Positions 59,229 through 64,000 of a DNA stretch of 64,000 nt are shown here, piece after piece. The first letter of the stretch is position 1. Each line of letters opens with the position of its first letter. Origin of the DNA: an uncultured Gemmatimonadales bacterium. Lineage in GTDB: Bacteria > Gemmatimonadota > Gemmatimonadetes > Gemmatimonadales > Gemmatimonadaceae. The DNA lies in assembly GCA_963793305.1 (NCBI GenBank), contig CAWBZV010000003.1, positions 1,376,001-1,440,000 on the forward strand, in the 5' to 3' direction. A program made the translations under genes and the position numbers. A model generated the notes under the pieces. The model did not search any database. It was not told where the DNA came from and saw only the letters and a list, made by a program, of their open reading frames with translations.

Positions 59229-60733
59229 ACAACCTCATTCGTCCGCGAGCAGCGCTCGTCCTGCTCGCCTTCGTGGGCGGTGGCTCCGGCCCGCTCACGC
59301 GCGCGGAACGCACGAACTACACCGAGACGTCCCATTACGAGGACGTCATCGCGTTTCTCGACACGCTGAAGACGCACATCGACCCCTCGGTCCATGCCGT
59401 CTTCGGCACACTCGGCTACACGACGGAACGCCGCGCGATCCCATTCGTGAAGTTGTCGCGCGGTCTGCCGAAGCGAAAACCCATCGTCTACGTCCAGGCG
59501 AACATCCACGCCGGGGAAGTGGAGGGGAAAGAAGCCCTCCTGGCGTTGATTCGCGACCTCGGCACGCACCACGGTCCGAGCGTGCTGGACTCGATTACGC
59601 TTATCGCGGTGCCGATCTATAATGCCGACGGGAACGAGAAGTTCGCGTCGCAGTCGGTGAATCGCACCGAGCAAAACGGTCCGGAGCAAGTCGGGCAGCG
59701 CCCGAATGGCATGGGTCTCGACCTGAACCGCGACTACGTGAAGGCCGAGGCGCCGGAGACCCGGGCGTCACTGTTTGCGTTCAACACGTGGAACCCCGAC
59801 GTGTTCGTGGATCTGCACACGACGGACGGCAGTTTCCACGGGTACGCCCTGACGTACGCTCCCTCGCTCTCTCCCGCCTCACTCTGGGCTGGTGCGTACA
59901 CCCGCGACTCGTTGCTGCCCGAATTGCGTCGTCGCGTGGCAAAGCGCGATGGCTTTGCCATTTTCGACTACGGGAACTTCGAGGGCCAGCCGCGGGCGTG
60001 GAAGACGTACGACAATCGTCCGAGGTTCGGCACAAACTATTTTGGTATTCGTGGACGCATAGCGATCCTGAGCGAAGCGTACTCGCATGACCCTTTTGAG
60101 AAACGAGTGCATGCGACCTACGCCTTCGTGCGCGAGATCCTGTCACTCGTGGCCGAGAAGAAGTCGCGGATCATCCGCCTGCCCGACCCCAAGGCCGACA
60201 GCGTCCCAATTCGCTCGGCCCTGACGCCCACACCCCTGTCATTACCAGTGGTGGCCGAGTCGCTCCTCGCCACCGGGGATTCGTCGCTGACACAGCCGGG
60301 CGTGCCACGAGGATATCGCCGCGCCGGCCACTTCGACACGGTCACGATGGACGTTTACGACCGCTTCTCGCCGACGCTCAAAGTGCCGATGCCGCGAGGC
60401 TATGTGGTCCCCGCCAATCAAACCGTGGCGGTCCGCCTCCTCCGGTGGCACGGGATTGAGATGACTGGCCCGCAGGCGACCTGTGGCCCGGCTCAGGCGT
60501 TCGCCCTGGATAGCGCCACCCAGGACACGATCGTGTTCCAGGGTCATCGCCAAGCGCACCAGTTCGGCCACTGGTCGACGACCGCGGACCCGGTCCAGGG
60601 CCCGTGCTACGAGGTCTCCACGCACCAACGCCTCGGTGTCCTGGCCGTGTATCTTTTGGAGCCCCAGAGCGACGATGGATTCGTGACGTGGAACATTGTC
60701 TCCGGGACTCCCATCAGACGACTCGCCCCGTAA
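59225..60733 (+). CDS. M14 family zinc carboxypeptidase
   Basis: IHAGE, NADG, DLNRD, DLHTT. Confidence 0.85.
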   Translation: MNNLIRPRAALVLLAFVGGGSGPLTRAERTNYTETSHYEDVIAFLDTLKTHIDPSVHAVFGTLGYTTERRAIPFVKLSRGLPKRKPIVYVQANIHAGEVEGKEALLALIRDLGTHHGPSVLDSITLIAVPIYNADGNEKFASQSVNRTEQNGPEQVGQRPNGMGLDLNRDYVKAEAPETRASLFAFNTWNPDVFVDLHTTDGSFHGYALTYAPSLSPASLWAGAYTRDSLLPELRRRVAKRDGFAIFDYGNFEGQPRAWKTYDNRPRFGTNYFGIRGRIAILSEAYSHDPFEKRVHATYAFVREILSLVAEKKSRIIRLPDPKADSVPIRSALTPTPLSLPVVAESLLATGDSSLTQPGVPRGYRRAGHFDTVTMDVYDRFSPTLKVPMPRGYVVPANQTVAVRLLRWHGIEMTGPQATCGPAQAFALDSATQDTIVFQGHRQAHQFGHWSTTADPVQGPCYEVSTHQRLGVLAVYLLEPQSDDGFVTWNIVSGTPIRRLAP

Positions 60734-60740
60734 CGCGATC

Positions 60741-61676
60741 ATGCTGCGTAGCGCGCTGCTGTATTTGTCGAATCAACCGCAGGTATTCAAGTTCGTTCGC
60801 CACAACACGCTGGCCCGCAAGTTCGCCGAGCGATTCGTTGCCGGTGAGACGCTCGAGCAGGTGCTCGACGCGGTCGTCGCCCTCAACGCCAAAGGGATCT
60901 CGGCCTCGCTCGACCTCCTCGGCGAGAGCATTCACGCCGAGCCCGAAGCGCGGGCCGGGGGCCGCGAGTACCTGCACATGCTCGACCGGATTCGCGAGCG
61001 CGGGCTCGACGCCAACGTGTCGGTCAAGCTCACCGCGATGGGTCTCGATCTCTCCGAGGATCTCTGCGTCGAGATTCTCCACGATATCGTCGGGCGGGCG
61101 CGCGACTACCGGACCTTCGTACGCCTCGACATGGAGTCGAGCGCGTACACGGATCGCACCCTGCATCTCTTCTACGATCGCCTCTATCCCGTCTTCGGGA
61201 ACCACGTCGGGATCGTGCTCCAAAGCGCCCTGCGCCGAACCGAATCCGACGTCGCCAACGCCATTGCGGCGAAATGTCGCGTCAGGATCTGCAAAGGCGC
61301 GTATCGTGAACCGCCGGCCGTCGCATTCCCGGACAAGAAGGACGTGGACCAGAATTACGTCCGGTGCATGAAGCGCCTGATGAAAGAAGGGAATTACCCG
61401 GGCATCGCGACGCACGATGAGCGCATTATCGAACAGGCAAAGGCATTCGCGGCATCCGAGCAGATCGCGAACGATCGCTACGAGTTTCAGATGCTGTATG
61501 GCGTCCGGCGCGACCTGCAGGAGTCGCTCGTGCGCGCGGGATATCGCGTCCGCGTGTACGTCCCGTTCGGCACGCAGTGGTATCCGTATCTCATGCGCCG
61601 GCTCGCCGAGCGGCCGGCGAATGTCGCATTCATCACCGGCAACGTGTTGCGGGAGTTGATGAGCGGGCACCGGTGA
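60741..61676 (+). CDS. Monofunctional proline dehydrogenase
   Basis: RFVAGE, DLLGE, SVKLT, LDME, KGAY, ATHD, YLMRRLAERP. Confidence 0.92.
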   Translation: MLRSALLYLSNQPQVFKFVRHNTLARKFAERFVAGETLEQVLDAVVALNAKGISASLDLLGESIHAEPEARAGGREYLHMLDRIRERGLDANVSVKLTAMGLDLSEDLCVEILHDIVGRARDYRTFVRLDMESSAYTDRTLHLFYDRLYPVFGNHVGIVLQSALRRTESDVANAIAAKCRVRICKGAYREPPAVAFPDKKDVDQNYVRCMKRLMKEGNYPGIATHDERIIEQAKAFAASEQIANDRYEFQMLYGVRRDLQESLVRAGYRVRVYVPFGTQWYPYLMRRLAERPANVAFITGNVLRELMSGHR

Positions 61677-61958
61677 CGGATGAGTCGACATTGGGCGGCT
61701 ACTTCGCTGTCCATACACGCCCGCCGGCGTTCACCGGCGTGGATGGTGGCGCCTACACCGTCGACGTCGCGGTCGACGAGACCGGCGGCTACCTCCTGTT
61801 TCTTCGGTGGGATGGCGAGCCGCCGACGATCAAGGGACACCTCGAGTCGGAGTATCTCGTGCGCGGCGCCGATGAGTCCATGGTCCGCGCGGCGCTCGAT
61901 CGGCTCTCGTTGCTCGAACGTCAAGACGACGCTCGACGCCTTGATCCGCGAGCAATGA
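61673..61958 (+). CDS. Hypothetical protein (frameshift near 61918)
   Basis: GTGA coupling upstream; tail VKTTLDALIREQ* in another frame ends with ATGA overlap on the rsgA start. Confidence 0.55.
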
Positions 61959-62846
61959 CAGCGCAGGGAGTCGTGCTCCAAGGCACCGGTGGCGTGTGGT
62001 CTGTCCGGACGTCCGACGGTGTCACGCGGGACGTGTCCCTTCGTGGACGTTCTCAAGATCTCGGCCGACAAGCTGGCGGTGGGTGACGAGGTCATCCTCG
62101 AGGACGCGGGCGGCACGTGGGCGATCGCCGAGATCCTGCCGCGCCGCTCGGTCCTGGCGCGCCGGTCGCCGAGCGGCGCCTATGGTGAACGGATCGTCGC
62201 CGCCAACGTCGACCAGGTCATCGTCGTGTTTGCGGCCGCGAATCCCGAGCCACACCTGCGCATGCTCGATCGCTTTCTCGTGATTGCCGAAGCGAACGAG
62301 TTGCAAGCGCATATCGTCATCAATAAGATCGACCTCGTCGACCCGGTTGCCGCACGCGCGCGGTTCGCCGAGTACCCGCTCGCCGGGTATCCAGTCCACT
62401 TCACGAGCATCGTGACCCGCGTCGGCCTCGATGAGTTGGCGGCCGAGCTCAAGGGCCGCACGTCTGCGCTCTCCGGGCCATCCGGCGTCGGGAAGTCGTC
62501 GCTCTTGAATGCGCTCTATCCGGGACTCAACCTCCGCGTCGGTGCGATCAGTCAATCAGTGAACAAGGGCCGCCACACCACGGTGGGCGCCTTGCTCCAT
62601 CCGCTGCCGGACGGCGGTTACGTCGCCGATACGCCGGGTTTGCGCGAGGTCGGCATCTGGGGTCTCTCGGCCGATGCGCTCGACCGCTGCTTCCCCGAGT
62701 TCGTCACCCACCTCGGCCACTGTCGCTTCGCCGACTGCCATCACGTCGTCGAACCCGATTGCGCGGTCCGCGCCGCCATCGCTGCCGGGGAGCTCAGCGC
62801 AAACCGATACGATAGCTATGTGCGGCTCCGGCACGAGCTGCAGTGA
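61955..62846 (+). CDS. rsgA: Ribosome small subunit-dependent GTPase A (frameshift near 62050)
   Basis: ANVDQ, NKID, GPSGVGKS, GRHTT, DTPG, CRFADCHHVVEPDC; OB-fold N-terminus in an adjacent frame. Confidence 0.88.
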
Positions 62847-63592
62847 AACTCCTCGCGCTCGCCTCGCTTGTGCTCGTCGCCTCGTGTGCGCAGCAGGCAG
62901 CCGAGACGCCCCTGGCTGAGACGCCAGCGCCCGCCGGTTGGAAGCTCGCGTTCGCGTACACGTTCGACCACCTCGACACGACCGTGTGGTCCCTGGGCAC
63001 GCACACGTTCGATGGCAATGCCGCGCAGTTCAGGCCTTACAATGCCAAGATCCGCCATGGCCATCTGGAACTGACCCTGCACCCCGATCACTTCGAGGAC
63101 CGAGAGTACTCAGGCGCCGAGCTGGAGCTTCGTCAGCAGTACAAGTACGGCCGCTTCGAAGTTCGAATGCGCGCGGCCAGGGGCGGCGCGGTCATTTCCA
63201 GTTGGTTCGGCTACGCCGAGCCGCCGTGGCGAGAGATCGACATCGAGTTCCTCGGCGACCACCCGGACGCCGTGCAATCGAACGTCTACAACTCACCCGA
63301 CGCAAACCCGACGCTGATCCCGCCGTTCCCCATTCTTCGCACGCTGCCGTTCGACGCGACCGCCGGCTTCCACACCTACGCCTTCGAATGGGAACCGAAC
63401 GAGCTTCGCTGGTACGCGGACACCATTCTCGTCGCCCGCACGACGAACGCCTCGCAAGTGCCCACGCGCGAGATGCGGCCGATGCTGAACCTGTGGCTGT
63501 CAACGGCCGCCTCGTGGGCAGGTCCGATTGACCGGTCGCAATTGCCTGTCCGCTCCGCCTACGAATGGGTGCGCATCTACACCCGTCCGTGA
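62843..63592 (+). CDS. Glycoside hydrolase family 16 lipoprotein
   Basis: Lipobox VASC; YGRFEVRM, EIDIE catalytic motif, FHTYAFEW. Confidence 0.88.
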   Translation: MKLLALASLVLVASCAQQAAETPLAETPAPAGWKLAFAYTFDHLDTTVWSLGTHTFDGNAAQFRPYNAKIRHGHLELTLHPDHFEDREYSGAELELRQQYKYGRFEVRMRAARGGAVISSWFGYAEPPWREIDIEFLGDHPDAVQSNVYNSPDANPTLIPPFPILRTLPFDATAGFHTYAFEWEPNELRWYADTILVARTTNASQVPTREMRPMLNLWLSTAASWAGPIDRSQLPVRSAYEWVRIYTRP

Positions 63593-63605
63593 GTACTATT
63601 GAGTC

Positions 63606-64000
63606 ATGACGATCCGGGCGTTGCTGGCAAGCGCGTTCCTCTGGAACGCCTCCACGGCTGCGGCTCAAGTGCCGCCGATCGCTCCAGACACGATCTACAG
63701 GCTCGCCGTCGACAGCGCGACGTACCCCGAGCAGGCGACGGTGATACTCCTCGACGATGGCGTGATCACCGTCGAATCCGACGGGCGCGAAACGCGCACG
63801 TATCACCAGATCACCCAGGTCCTGCGGCAGCGCGCGGTGCAGGGACTGCAAGAGCGGCAGTTCACCTACGATCCGGACCACGAGCGTCTGACCGTCAACA
63901 CCATGCGCGTCCTCGGCCTCGACGGCCACGTGATCAGCGAGAAGCCCGCGCTGTCACAGGAGTCCGACGTGCCGGCCGCGCGCACGAATCCGATTTATGA
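63606..64000 (+). CDS. DUF3857-like secreted protein (truncated at window end)
   Basis: Own translation: MTIRALLASAFLWNASTAAAQ...ATVILLDDGVITVESDGRETRTYHQITQVL; TACTAT 6 nt before ATG. Confidence 0.7.
   Translation, partial: MTIRALLASAFLWNASTAAAQVPPIAPDTIYRLAVDSATYPEQATVILLDDGVITVESDGRETRTYHQITQVLRQRAVQGLQERQFTYDPDHERLTVNTMRVLGLDGHVISEKPALSQESDVPAARTNPIY

Noticed and set aside
61955..62060. Programmed ribosomal frameshift in rsgA
   Set aside because: No slippery site; another indel about 130 nt away points to local assembly error

Overview
GC-rich bacterial chromosome segment. Gene content suggests Gemmatimonadota (inferred from the Hanks kinase-TPR protein and conserved small hypotheticals). 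Most of it is housekeeping: hom-thrC, hldD, a CusRS-like two-component system with an RND efflux operon, ABC transporters, a SUF operon with two sufU copies, TPP riboswitch-thiC, rnd, an ECF sigma/anti-sigma pair, queG, greA, glpD, fadIJ, proline dehydrogenase and rsgA. The standout accessory element is a ~7 kb island (about 16.78-23.89 kb). It holds a sensor-less sigma-54 enhancer-binding protein, a correctly spaced -24/-12 promoter, a small secreted Ig-like protein, a signal-peptide-bearing 1502-aa RHS protein ending in a phospholipase A2-like toxin domain, and a candidate membrane immunity gene. Many genes have a TANNNT -10 box 6-7 nt before the start codon (apparently leaderless), including bidirectional promoters with only 18-19 bp between divergent start codons. 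Five apparent single-base frameshifts, one in rsgA, are most likely assembly errors. No tRNA, rRNA, CRISPR array, integrase or transposase was recognised.
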